A stretch of DNA of 32,000 bases, taken from Pirellula staleyi DSM 6068. Lineage in GTDB: Bacteria; Planctomycetota; Planctomycetia; Pirellulales; Pirellulaceae. The stretch is from positions 5,070,001-5,102,000 of the forward strand of contig CP001848.1 in the NCBI GenBank assembly GCA_000025185.1, in the 5' to 3' direction. The position numbers were made by a program, and so were the translations under genes. This document shows, in pieces, positions 15,657 to 24,285 of this stretch; the first letter of the stretch is position 1; the number at the start of each line of letters is the position of its first letter. Under the pieces are notes generated by a model. It was not told the DNA's origin and made no database searches. It saw nothing but the letters and a program-made list of their open reading frames with translations.

Positions 15657-17174
15657 ATGCCCGACGCTATCATTCCGACCCAGAATTTCCGTGGTATTTC
15701 GCTCCGAACCGTACTTTCACAAGTGCAGTTCACCAAAGGGCAGGACATCGTTTGCTCCGCTATTTCGACCACCGAAGTCGATTGCGAGCCAGGCGATTTG
15801 TTCATTCCTGAAGCTGAAGATCACACCGATTTGCTCTCCCGCTGCCAAGCGGCGATCGAGCGCGGTGCCGCAGCCATTCTGACCGAACAGCTGCTCCCTT
15901 TGGCGATTCCCCAGGCGATTGTTCCCGACGCGCGGGAAGCGCTCGGAATCATCTCGCACGCGATTGTCGGGAATCCCTCGGCCAAGATGCGCACCATCGG
16001 CATCACCGGCTCGCACGGCAAAACAGCCACCGCCATGCTCGTGGCAAGCGTGCTCGAAGCAGCCAGCCAAGCGTGCGGCGTGATTTCGTCGCTCGGCTAT
16101 AGCGACTCGATCGAGCAAGTGAGCACCAAGTGCGCCACACCACGTTCTCCCAAGCTCGCGTGGTGGATGTCGCGCATGGTGAAAAACAAAGCAGCCGCTG
16201 CGGTCATCGAAATGTCGAGCCAAGGCCTTTCGCAGCGCCGTACGGCCGGCACTTCGCTCGATATTGCCGTGCTGACCAACCTCCGCAACGTCCACACCAG
16301 CGAGCATGGCTCGGCGGCAAATTACCTAGCGGCCAAGAAGCGGATCTTCTCGCATCTCAAGCCGGGTGGATTGGCGATCATCAACGCCGACGATCACCGC
16401 AGCCGACAGCTGCTCGAATCACTCGCCTGCCCCACGCTCACCGTCGGTTTGCACGCGGAAGCCGACATCAGCGCTCGTGTGATCGACCGCTCCATCGCCG
16501 AGCAACGTTTCACGATCACCGCTGGTGATGAGACGATTCAAGTCCGCTCGCGCATCATCGGCGATGCTCATGTGGCCAACTGTTTATCGGCTGTCGCGGT
16601 GGGACTTTCGCTCGGCATCGAACTCTCGACCATTGTGCGTGGCATCGAAAATGTCACCTACCTGCCGGGTCGTATGCAGCGGCTCGAAGTGGGGCAAGAG
16701 TTTGGCGTGATCGTCGATGCCGCCAGCACTCCCGACACGCTGGCGATCGCTCTGAAGACCGCACGGCGCGTGACCAAAGGACGTGTTTTGCTCGTGTTTT
16801 CGGCCTCCGGCGAGAAAAATCGCGACGCTCGGCCGATGCTCGCGCGGGTCGCTGAGCAGGGAGCTGATCTGGCGGTGATCACCAGCGGAAATCCCCGCCG
16901 CGAATCCCCACGCGAGATCACGCATCAGCTGCTCGACGGTTTTCATCGACCTGCCAAAGCCCATTTCATTCCGACACGTGCGGAAGCGATTCGCTGGGCG
17001 CTTGGTCATGCTCAGCCGGGAGACTGCGTGCTGATTTGTGGTCACGGCGACCGGACCTCGCATCTGGTAGGGACTCATAAAGTGCGTCACGACGATCGCG
17101 AAGTGGCGCTCACGTGGCTGTACGAAAGTGGTCAGCGCGAACTGGCCAAACCTCAGCTGAAAATCTTTGGGTAG
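15657..17174 (+). CDS. murE: Mur ligase family protein, MurE-like (UDP-MurNAc-tripeptide synthetase), divergent
   Basis: The P-loop GITGSHGKTAT (15999-16031), EMSSQGL, TNL..VH, the YLAAKKRIF carbamyl-Lys region, IINADD and the GNPR(RE) counterpart of the DAP-recognition DNPR motif are present. AGGAGG (15642-15647) lies 9 nt before the ATG at 15657. Several normally invariant positions differ: DSR becomes STT, DYAHTPDAL becomes DAASTPDTL, and GGDRD becomes SGEKNRD. Confidence 0.8.
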   Translation: MPDAIIPTQNFRGISLRTVLSQVQFTKGQDIVCSAISTTEVDCEPGDLFIPEAEDHTDLLSRCQAAIERGAAAILTEQLLPLAIPQAIVPDAREALGIISHAIVGNPSAKMRTIGITGSHGKTATAMLVASVLEAASQACGVISSLGYSDSIEQVSTKCATPRSPKLAWWMSRMVKNKAAAAVIEMSSQGLSQRRTAGTSLDIAVLTNLRNVHTSEHGSAANYLAAKKRIFSHLKPGGLAIINADDHRSRQLLESLACPTLTVGLHAEADISARVIDRSIAEQRFTITAGDETIQVRSRIIGDAHVANCLSAVAVGLSLGIELSTIVRGIENVTYLPGRMQRLEVGQEFGVIVDAASTPDTLAIALKTARRVTKGRVLLVFSASGEKNRDARPMLARVAEQGADLAVITSGNPRRESPREITHQLLDGFHRPAKAHFIPTRAEAIRWALGHAQPGDCVLICGHGDRTSHLVGTHKVRHDDREVALTWLYESGQRELAKPQLKIFG

Positions 17175-17339
17175 AGTGCGGCGAGCACTCTCTGAAACAG
17201 CAGGCAGCATGCCTCGTCGAGCGCATGCTTGCCGCTTGAGCCTGGAGTTCGATGCGCAAAAACGCAGACGAGCGCCGTTTGGCGATGCAGTTCTCTTCTC
17301 GAGGCTTCTCGATCTAACTAGTTGCGAAGGAAAGCGACG

Positions 17340-18233
17340 ATGCTCGATCTTTCAATCCAGCAACTAGCGGATGCTTTGGGAGGCTCGCTGCGGATGTCGC
17401 AAGCGCCGCCCAAAGGTGGCGTCTGGGAACCGATCTTTCGTGTGGTCCTGTCGTGCTACGAAGCGCGACGGGGCGATCTCTTCTGGCAGCTCGATGCCCC
17501 CACGTCCCTGGCGCCGCATGCTGCTGATACCAGTGCCACGCAAGAGGCTTTTGCGCGCGGCGCCATTGGGTGTGTCACCAGCAAGCATCAAGCGCTCCCT
17601 TGGGCAGGGGCGTTCAGCCTCGAGGTCGACGACCCGGTCGCGGCGCTAGTCGAACTAGCCTGGCAGCTGCGCGATGGATACCGGGGGAAGATCGTGATGG
17701 TGATGGGAGAGCGCAGCGCCGAGACAACCCAACTGGTGTACGACGTGATTGCCTCGAGCTGGAATGCCTCGCTCTGTTTGGCCAGCAGCTCGCGTCCCGA
17801 ATTGCCGCTGGAGATTTTGCAGCTCGAAACGCTCGACGATTTTGCCGTAATCGAGTTAATCCCCGAGAAAAACGCTAGTTTTTTGAGGTTGTGCCGACCT
17901 GCGGTAGTTGTTATTACTCCGCCCACTTCAAGCGACGAATTGCGTCGGGCACGCGAAACGATTGCCACGCTCGACGCTTCGCAGCTTGTGGTTTTGGTCG
18001 GTTCGTGCGACGCGCTGCTGGATGATTTGTCCACGGCCCGTTGCCAAATGGTTTGGTTTGCCTGCGACCAGCGTGCGAGTGTGCGAAACAGTTTTTCGCG
18101 CGATCGTACGTTGCCACTCACCGCTGCGATTGCGGTGGGGCAGTTGCTCGAAGTTAGCATCGCCGAGATCGCCGACGCCCTCGATGCGCCGCTGCGGTCG
18201 CTCACGCCGATGCCAATTTCGCGAGCCGCATAA
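17340..18233 (+). CDS. MurF-like protein lacking a functional P-loop and the C-terminal domain (probable pseudoenzyme or gene relic)
   Basis: It aligns by eye with MurF domains 1-2: LSIQQLADALGGSL, RRGDLFWQL, FARGAIGCV, EVDDPVAALVELA, FAVIEL. The P-loop position reads VMGERSAETT (17706-17729) instead of TGSxGKT(T/S). The protein ends at 297 aa, against about 450 for MurF. AAGGAAAG lies just upstream of the ATG at 17340. Confidence 0.7.
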   Translation: MLDLSIQQLADALGGSLRMSQAPPKGGVWEPIFRVVLSCYEARRGDLFWQLDAPTSLAPHAADTSATQEAFARGAIGCVTSKHQALPWAGAFSLEVDDPVAALVELAWQLRDGYRGKIVMVMGERSAETTQLVYDVIASSWNASLCLASSSRPELPLEILQLETLDDFAVIELIPEKNASFLRLCRPAVVVITPPTSSDELRRARETIATLDASQLVVLVGSCDALLDDLSTARCQMVWFACDQRASVRNSFSRDRTLPLTAAIAVGQLLEVSIAEIADALDAPLRSLTPMPISRAA

Positions 18234-18329
18234 ACACTTCGTTTGCGAAGTGCCTGGCTCGTCAAAAACTGCTCTTGTCATGCCCGAAAAACTTTGGGAG
18301 TAACACTCCGCATCAGAAACATACACTCT

Positions 18330-18548
18330 GAAGCTTCACCGTCTGCTCGTTAGTTTGCGGGAACGAGCGAGCAACCCTCCCTCCTGGGTCGAAGCAATTA
18401 AGTGCGTTGTCAGCTGCTTCTGGGTCAGTGGCTGACAGCTCGCGCTTCACGGTGAAGCTTCTACTGAGCACCGGGGTGGCCTTCGGGTCGCCCCGGTGCC
18501 AGGGAACACGAAAGGCTCGACTTGCTTCTGGCAGGCCGAGCCTTTTTC
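18330..18548 (+). ncRNA. Candidate structured RNA (sRNA or structured 3'UTR) ending in an intrinsic terminator
   Basis: A 12-bp long-range stem gaagcttcaccg (18330-18341) / cggtgaagcttc (18450-18461) encloses two hairpins (18345-18351/18362-18368 and 18408-18414/18431-18437). An unpaired ccctccctcc tract lies at 18375-18384. Next comes a ~14-bp hairpin with a UUCG tetraloop (18468-18499), then the terminator hairpin with its U-run. No plausible ORF is present. Confidence 0.45.
18511..18548 (+). terminator. Intrinsic (rho-independent) terminator
   Basis: The stem ggctcgacttgc (18514-18525) / gcaggccgagcc (18531-18542) is 12 bp with one mismatch and one G-U pair. The loop is ttctg, followed by TTTTT (18543-47). 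Confidence 0.65.
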
Positions 18549-18685
18549 ATGCGCATCGGGTGATGCTCGGCGCGATGTGTGTCAGAAATATTCGAGAATA
18601 TCGTTTCGCATCGGCGCAGCTGTCGTGGCATACTAATCGAAGTTTTGGAACTTGGTCTCCTTGTCTCTCTCCCAAGGACCTGACG

Positions 18686-19015
18686 ATGCACCTCCCCATC
18701 GACTCCCTTGCTGGCGCTGCTACCCCGCTACTGGCCCAGCAAGCCGAAACCACACCCTCGTTCGTGAAGTTTGGAGTGGCCGCTCTCATGATCTTGATCG
18801 GACTGATCCTGATCATGGTTGGCCGCAACAACATTCAGACGCAAGAGGCGGAGGAGACCGGGGCTCGGCGGCTCATCATGCAGGCGACCGGCAGCGAGCC
18901 AACGCATCGGGGCAACATGGCGGTGCTGATCGGCTGGGGGCGCATCATCGGCGGCGCAATCTTGATCCTCGCCGGCATTGGTTTTGGTATCTTCGGACCC
19001 ATCCTGGCGAACTAG
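18686..19015 (+). CDS. Small membrane protein (2 TM helices), hypothetical
   Basis: The ATG at 18686 follows AAGGA (18674-78). The 109-aa product has two hydrophobic helices (FGVAALMILIGLILIMV and IIGGAILILAGIGFGIFGPIL). The upstream part of the 18407 ORF overlaps the structured RNA region and looks non-coding. Confidence 0.6.
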   Translation: MHLPIDSLAGAATPLLAQQAETTPSFVKFGVAALMILIGLILIMVGRNNIQTQEAEETGARRLIMQATGSEPTHRGNMAVLIGWGRIIGGAILILAGIGFGIFGPILAN

Positions 19016-19107
19016 CAGCTGGACGAGTAGCGTGTGTGGCGCTCGTCAACCTGCCGGAAATTGACGACCTAGTAGTCCGTCTGACTATTCGTGTCATGCA
19101 AAATCGG

Positions 19108-19135
19108 GTGACACTGCTGGCTTGTCCAGCAGCGA
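19108..19135 (-). repeat. REP-like palindromic element, copy C (inverted orientation)
   Basis: The reverse complement of gacactgctggcttgtccagcagcg shares ctgctggacaagccagcagtg (21 nt) with copy B. It is intergenic and is followed by a second 8-bp hairpin, ctgtgctg/cagcacag (19156-19180). Confidence 0.6.
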
Positions 19136-19270
19136 GTATCTCTAAAGGTCCAGAACTGTGCTGAGTTACGCACAGCACAGCCACCCCCATCAACCTGACA
19201 TGGATCGCCAGACAGACGACTAGCCGCATCACCAAAAATGAGCTGCGCTCTAGAGCGAGGAAGTTACGCA

Positions 19271-20077
19271 GTGAGCATGCCCGCCACCATTCAGGTTCAA
19301 TCTCCGCAGCGTCCGGTGGGAATAGTGACAGGCTCGTCGCGTGGCATTGGCCGCGCGATTGCCCTCGCGCTCGCCCGAGCAGGTTACGACGTGACGGTGA
19401 ACTATCACTCGCGCCGCGATGCAGCGGAGGAGGTGGTCTCCGAGATCGAAAAACTGGGGGGCCGCGCGATTGCTGTCGCCGCCGATGTGGCGACCTCGAC
19501 CGGCCGCGACGCTTTAACGCAGGCCACCCTCGCCAGTTTTGGGCACCTCAATCTGCTGGTCAACAACGCTGGCATCACTTCACCCGGTCGCAAAGATCTG
19601 CTGGAAGCGACGGAAGCGAGTTTTGATACGGTGTTTGCAACCAACCTCAAAGGTCCCTTCTTCCTCGCGCAGCAATGTGCGCGGGAAATGATCGAGCTGC
19701 GCTCGCGCGGCGTGATCGAGCGGGGCACGATCGTCAACGTATCGTCGATTTCAGCCTACGCCGCTTCTACCAACCGGGCCGACTACTGCATGGCCAAAGC
19801 GGCAATGCAAATGATGACCTGGCTCCTCGCCGACCGACTCGCGGGGGACAACATTCTCGTTTACGAAGTTTGCCCCGGGGTGATCTCGAGTGACATGACC
19901 GCGCCGGTGAAGGAAAAATACGACAAGCTGTTTGCCGAAGGCCTCACCCCGATTCGTCGCTGGGGAGAGCCTGAAGAAGTGGCCGATGCCGTGGTGATGC
20001 TCGCCTCGGGGGTGCTCCGCTATAGCACCGGTCAGCGGATCGATGTGGATGGCGGATTTCACATTCGCCGCGTCTAG
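19271..20077 (+). CDS. Short-chain dehydrogenase/reductase (classical SDR, FabG-like)
   Basis: TGSSRGIGRAIA (TGxxxGxG), NNAG, and the S...YCMAKAA catalytic Ser/Tyr/Lys are present. The start is ambiguous: ATG 19238, GTG 19271 (GAGGAA 9 nt upstream) or ATG 19277. Confidence 0.85.
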   Translation: MSMPATIQVQSPQRPVGIVTGSSRGIGRAIALALARAGYDVTVNYHSRRDAAEEVVSEIEKLGGRAIAVAADVATSTGRDALTQATLASFGHLNLLVNNAGITSPGRKDLLEATEASFDTVFATNLKGPFFLAQQCAREMIELRSRGVIERGTIVNVSSISAYAASTNRADYCMAKAAMQMMTWLLADRLAGDNILVYEVCPGVISSDMTAPVKEKYDKLFAEGLTPIRRWGEPEEVADAVVMLASGVLRYSTGQRIDVDGGFHIRRV

Positions 20078-20266
20078 CGAGCGTCGAAGGTAAGGCCGAC
20101 AACTGTGGGCCGATCACTGGGGGCCGCAGCTGCTTGGCTCATCGCGAAACGCCGCGATTTTCGCCTGCGCTTCCACAGGGTAGTAGCCTGCGGTCTACAA
20201 TAAATCAAATTACGACGCGCTGAACGAATCTCGCGCTGCTGCTCACCTCTTCGTCTGATCCTACCC

Positions 20267-21538
20267 ATGCGACTTGCGGTTGTTGGAATTTGCGATACCT
20301 CGATCGAGCTGGTGCGCTGCGCGGTGAGCAGCGGTCACTCGATCTTGTTTGCCTACGACGTCCATGCTCGCGGCGACCAGCTGCGCAAACTCGCCCCCGA
20401 AGTGCAGCTGCGCAGCGACTGGGAAGGGCTGTTGCTCGGGTCGCTGGTCGATGGAGCCATTGTCGCCGGACTGCCGCAGGGTCTCGAGGCAAGCGAAATG
20501 CGGGCCGAACAGCTACGCAAGCTCACGCAAGCCGCCGTTCCGCTGCTGGTCGTTCATCCCGCCTGCGAAACGATGCTTGGCTTCGAAGTGGAAATGATCC
20601 GCCGCGATGTCGAAGCAGTGATCGTGCCGTTTTCGCCCGACGCCTATCACCCGGCAGTGGCGCTGCTCGAAACGTGGCAACTCGCCGGGGAAGAATCGCC
20701 GCTCGGAGCAATCGAGCAACTCGTTTTTCATCGCCCGCTGGAAGATCGCAGCCGATCGAGCGTGCTGGTGCAGCTGGCGCGGGATTTATCGCTCCTGCGT
20801 CCGATTTTGGGGCGCATTCGAGCCATCAGCGCCACGGGACCAACCGCCAAGCATCGCGATCCCTATATCTCGGGCCCCAAGACACTGCCGCCACTGGCCA
20901 ATTTGCATGTGCATGTGACCGGCGAAGTGCCGTTTCCAGCTCGCTGGAGCGTCGAGATTCCTGCGACTGGCGACCACTCGCGCGTCGTGCTTGTCGGCTC
21001 GCGGGGGAGGGGCGTGCTGACGATGCCTCCCGCTTTTGCCGACTGGAAGCTGGAACTTGTCACCCCAGCTGGCAATACAGCCGTCGATTTGCCAGCCATC
21101 GATCCTTACCAAGCGGTCCTCGCTGATTTTGCCAAACTCGCACTCTCGCGCGAGAAAGTGGCTGCGGAAACACTTACGACCGGCGCGACGTGGCTGACAG
21201 CTGTCCGCGATGTCGAGGCCGCTTCTGCGGTCGACCGTAGTATCGAACGAGGCCGAACGATCGAGCTCCTCAATGAAGAAATCAACGAGGAAGAGAGCTT
21301 TAAAGGAGTGATGGCGGTGGGAGGCTGTTTGCTGCTGATGGTCGCCCTCGGTGCCGTGATGCTCGCCACGATCGTCGAGGGTCTGCAGCTGCCACTTCGC
21401 AACTGGGCTGTCTGGCGCTACTGGCCCGCGTACTTGCTCGTGCCGATTGCCATCTTTTTGATCCTGCAGCTATTGCAGCTGGTGATCAAACGGCAACAGC
21501 CCCCCTCGATCGCCGACATGATCGATCCGAAGAAGTAG
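20267..21538 (+). CDS. Gfo/Idh/MocA-like protein with degenerate cofactor and catalytic motifs and a C-terminal double-TM anchor
   Basis: The N-terminal MRLAVVGICDTS... layout and the later D.Y....F region resemble the Gfo/Idh/MocA fold. However, GxGxxG is absent and the EKP motif position reads VHP. The C-terminus has two hydrophobic helices (VMAVGGCLLLMVALGAVMLATIV and YWPAYLLVPIAIFLILQLLQLVI). Confidence 0.6.
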   Translation: MRLAVVGICDTSIELVRCAVSSGHSILFAYDVHARGDQLRKLAPEVQLRSDWEGLLLGSLVDGAIVAGLPQGLEASEMRAEQLRKLTQAAVPLLVVHPACETMLGFEVEMIRRDVEAVIVPFSPDAYHPAVALLETWQLAGEESPLGAIEQLVFHRPLEDRSRSSVLVQLARDLSLLRPILGRIRAISATGPTAKHRDPYISGPKTLPPLANLHVHVTGEVPFPARWSVEIPATGDHSRVVLVGSRGRGVLTMPPAFADWKLELVTPAGNTAVDLPAIDPYQAVLADFAKLALSREKVAAETLTTGATWLTAVRDVEAASAVDRSIERGRTIELLNEEINEEESFKGVMAVGGCLLLMVALGAVMLATIVEGLQLPLRNWAVWRYWPAYLLVPIAIFLILQLLQLVIKRQQPPSIADMIDPKK

Positions 21539-21704
21539 ATCACTTCTCGGCTGTTAAACTGCACAACCTAGGAAGTCACAGTAGCTCACTTCAACTTTAC
21601 GACCTGGCGAAGCTCTGCCGATCGGCTAAAGCTTGCCGCCGATCCGTTCCGATAAGCAGGCGATAGAGGAAGCCTCGCTTTAGACGTCCTGTCGGAACTT
21701 TGCC

Positions 21705-22283
21705 GTGAAGTACGCTCGCCAACCTGCCTATCTTGCCGCCACTGCGATGCTGGTCGCTTTGTCGCTAGCTGGATGCACGGTGATGCCGCACGGACCAGCG
21801 GCGGGACAGCCGATGCGACCGCATGCCGTCCAAACTGGCCCCAGTTGCGGCCCAGGATGCAACGATTGCCAGGGAAATCTTTGCGGTGGACCGCTCACTA
21901 CACTCGCCACACACGTCGTGAATGCCGCCCGCTGCGAGCCCGGCTGCGATCCGTATGGCGGGGCGTGCGGTGATCCCTACTGCAGCCCAGCTTCGCTACA
22001 CTGCTCAAACTGTAGTGATAGGGGCTGCGAACGCTGCCGAGTACCCCTTGGGAATGGTGAAGGGCTGACATTCAGCCGAGCTGCTTCGCACCTGCGGCAT
22101 GCCCAAGAGAAGATGACGTTTCCGGTGGCTCCGAAGTCGCCGACGCCAATGTTCCATCCTGTTCCGGCCCGGCCCGTCTTCGAACCTTCGCTCGTTCAGC
22201 CGGCACGCTTCTCTCCAAGCCCGAGCGATCTGCTGCCAGCACCAGTTCCGACCCCTCAGCCGATGCACGAACCTCTTCCGTAG
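21705..22283 (+). CDS. Cys-rich, Pro-rich lipoprotein, hypothetical
   Basis: A GTG start is followed by a signal peptide with the lipobox LSLAGC. There are twelve further Cys in about 75 aa (CGPGCNDCQGNLC...CEPGCDPYGGACGDPYC...CSNCSDRGCERC), then a Pro-rich tail. Confidence 0.65.
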   Translation: MKYARQPAYLAATAMLVALSLAGCTVMPHGPAAGQPMRPHAVQTGPSCGPGCNDCQGNLCGGPLTTLATHVVNAARCEPGCDPYGGACGDPYCSPASLHCSNCSDRGCERCRVPLGNGEGLTFSRAASHLRHAQEKMTFPVAPKSPTPMFHPVPARPVFEPSLVQPARFSPSPSDLLPAPVPTPQPMHEPLP

Positions 22284-22757
22284 TTCGCGCGTCTCTCTTT
22301 CGGGGCGACAGGTCGATCAGCGACCGATCTTCGAGCGTCCCCAACAGCCCTGTTTGCCCTCGGTAAACGCCCGCGCGAACTCCATGCATTGCGCACTTAG
22401 CGACTATCTGTTCTTTCTGCAGAACATGCGCGGTTTTGGAGATTTAGGCAACCCAGTTAGCCATTAACGGTTGATAGCAATCCCCGCTGATGGATGCTTC
22501 GCTCGACACCCGACCGTATTAGACACCCGAAGCCCCCAAACTTCGCAATCGTCACATCTTCAGTTCAACCTGGGGGGAGTCTGCGGGCGAGCAGGCTCGT
22601 TTTGAAGCCTCGATTGGCGTAGGACCGATGGAACAATCGGACCGCTCGACATGACGCCACTTCTTTGCTCATCCCTTCCCGCGAGCATAGTCGGCAGTGG
22701 CGGTGGACCAGGCGACCCACGAACCAGCGACTTTCGACCTACGCTGACGAGCCCCTC

Positions 22758-24137
22758 ATGCAACGAACACGCTTGTGCTCAACATCGCGATGTCCCTGGC
22801 TCCACGGCTTGCTAATCGCAACCGCGGCACTTGGAATCGCTAGCACCACGCTCCCTCAGGCTCGTGCCTCCGAGTTGCGCCGCACCGCTATTGTTCGAGC
22901 GGTGAACGAAGCTGGCCCCTCGATCGTGAACATCCACGGACGTAAAACCGTCCGCGCTGATGTCGCGACCTCGGCTGGCTATGGCAGCGACAACGTGCGC
23001 CAGGTGAACGGCATGGGAACCGGCATCGTCTTCGATGCTCGGGGCTATATCCTCACCAATTTCCACGTCGTTGATGGGGTGAGCAATATTCAGGTGTCGC
23101 TCCACGACGCCAGCAGCACTATAGCCCGATTGGTGGCTCACGATCCCAAAACCGACCTCGCCGTCATCAAGGTCGATACCAAAGAACCACTCCCGGTCAT
23201 CAAGTTCGGCACTAGCTGCGATTTAATGACGGGCGAACCAGTGATCGCCATCGGCAACGCCTATGGCTACGAACACACCGTCACGCGGGGGATCATCAGC
23301 GCCCTGCATCGCACCGTACAGGTGAGCGACGAACAAAAATATCAAAACCTGATTCAAACCGACGCGAGCATCAACCCAGGCAACTCGGGTGGACCGCTCA
23401 TGAACATCGATGGCGAAGTGATCGGCATCAATGTCGCAGTTCGTGTCGGTGCTCAAGGAATCGGCTTCGCCATTCCTATCGACGAGGCGCTCGAAGTGAC
23501 CGCCAAGCTGATGAGCATCGAACGCATCGATCAAACCATGCACGGCATCGCTGGCAACACCAAACACGAACCCGAGCAACGGATCTTCACCGTCTCGATG
23601 GCTCGCGAGTCATCCCCGGCTGAAAAAGTGGGGCTCAAATCGGGCGATGTGATTAGCAAGATCGGCGATCGCGAAGTGAAACGCTCGCTCGATATCGAAC
23701 TCGCTCTGCTCGGCCGTGGTGCGACTGAAGAAGTTCCTGTCGAAGTGCTCCGCGACGGCGAAACGGTGAGCATGTCGATCACCCTCAGCCCTCTGAAAAA
23801 CACTTCGCGTCCCGCACTTTCCGACAAGGCGTGGGACCTGCTCGGCTTGCGACTCGCCCCGATGGACGAAACCGAGTTTCGTAACCTCGGAAGCCGCTAT
23901 CGTGGTGGTTTGCGAGTGACAGCCGTTCGCGACGAAGGCCCGGCTGCTGCTCAAGGAATTCGCCGTGGCGACGTCCTGGTGGGGATGCATGTGTGGGAAA
24001 CGATTTCGCTCGAGAACATCGCCTACGTTCTCGACCGCGAAGACCTGTCGCGACTCAATCCGGTGATCTTCTACATCATCCGGGGGAGCGACACGCTCTA
24101 TGGTCACTTGCGTGTAGCCGAGCGTACGAAGCCTTAG
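22758..24137 (+). CDS. HtrA/DegP-family periplasmic serine endoprotease with two PDZ domains
   Basis: A signal-like N-terminus (LLIATAALGIASTTLPQARA) is followed by the catalytic triad contexts TNFHVV, DLAVIKV and GNSGGPL. Two PDZ-like regions follow (GLKSGDVISKIGD and GIRRGDVLVGM). I chose the ATG at 22758 over the ORF start at 22665. Confidence 0.9.
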   Translation: MQRTRLCSTSRCPWLHGLLIATAALGIASTTLPQARASELRRTAIVRAVNEAGPSIVNIHGRKTVRADVATSAGYGSDNVRQVNGMGTGIVFDARGYILTNFHVVDGVSNIQVSLHDASSTIARLVAHDPKTDLAVIKVDTKEPLPVIKFGTSCDLMTGEPVIAIGNAYGYEHTVTRGIISALHRTVQVSDEQKYQNLIQTDASINPGNSGGPLMNIDGEVIGINVAVRVGAQGIGFAIPIDEALEVTAKLMSIERIDQTMHGIAGNTKHEPEQRIFTVSMARESSPAEKVGLKSGDVISKIGDREVKRSLDIELALLGRGATEEVPVEVLRDGETVSMSITLSPLKNTSRPALSDKAWDLLGLRLAPMDETEFRNLGSRYRGGLRVTAVRDEGPAAAQGIRRGDVLVGMHVWETISLENIAYVLDREDLSRLNPVIFYIIRGSDTLYGHLRVAERTKP

Positions 24138-24285
24138 TAGTGTGAACCCCAAGTGCCTGGTCATCAGCCTGGGCACTCACCAGCGGCGACTCGATCGGTC
24201 ATAATCTGGGAAGCAAATTTTTCCCGGGTCCCTGATCTTCAGGTGTCCGACCGGTTTCGAGTTTTTCGCCGCGAGATTTCGTCCG

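Noticed and set aside
18441-18461. A hairpin gcttc-ACGG-tgaagc suggesting a guanidine-II (mini-ykkC) riboswitch upstream of a small membrane protein
   Set aside because: mini-ykkC needs two ACGR-loop hairpins, and only one candidate exists. Its stem more plausibly pairs with 18330-18341. In addition, the downstream terminator is followed by about 140 nt before the gene.
19290-19310. ggttcaatctcc resembling a tRNA T-loop
   Set aside because: There is no complementary T-stem, acceptor stem or anticodon arm around it, and it lies inside the SDR coding sequence. No tRNA, rRNA or tmRNA signatures were seen anywhere in the window.
20141-20165. A short hairpin atcgcg/cgcgat followed by tttcg after the SDR gene, as a possible terminator
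   Set aside because: The stem is only 6 bp and the T-run is short, so it is not distinguishable from chance in GC-rich DNA.
22630-22660. ggaacaatcggaccgctcgacatgacg upstream of htrA as a possible ECF/sigmaE-type promoter (GGAAC-N17-...)
   Set aside because: Only the GGAAC half matches, and the -10 part does not fit the TCTGA/CGTC-type consensus. It is too weak to call without start-site data.
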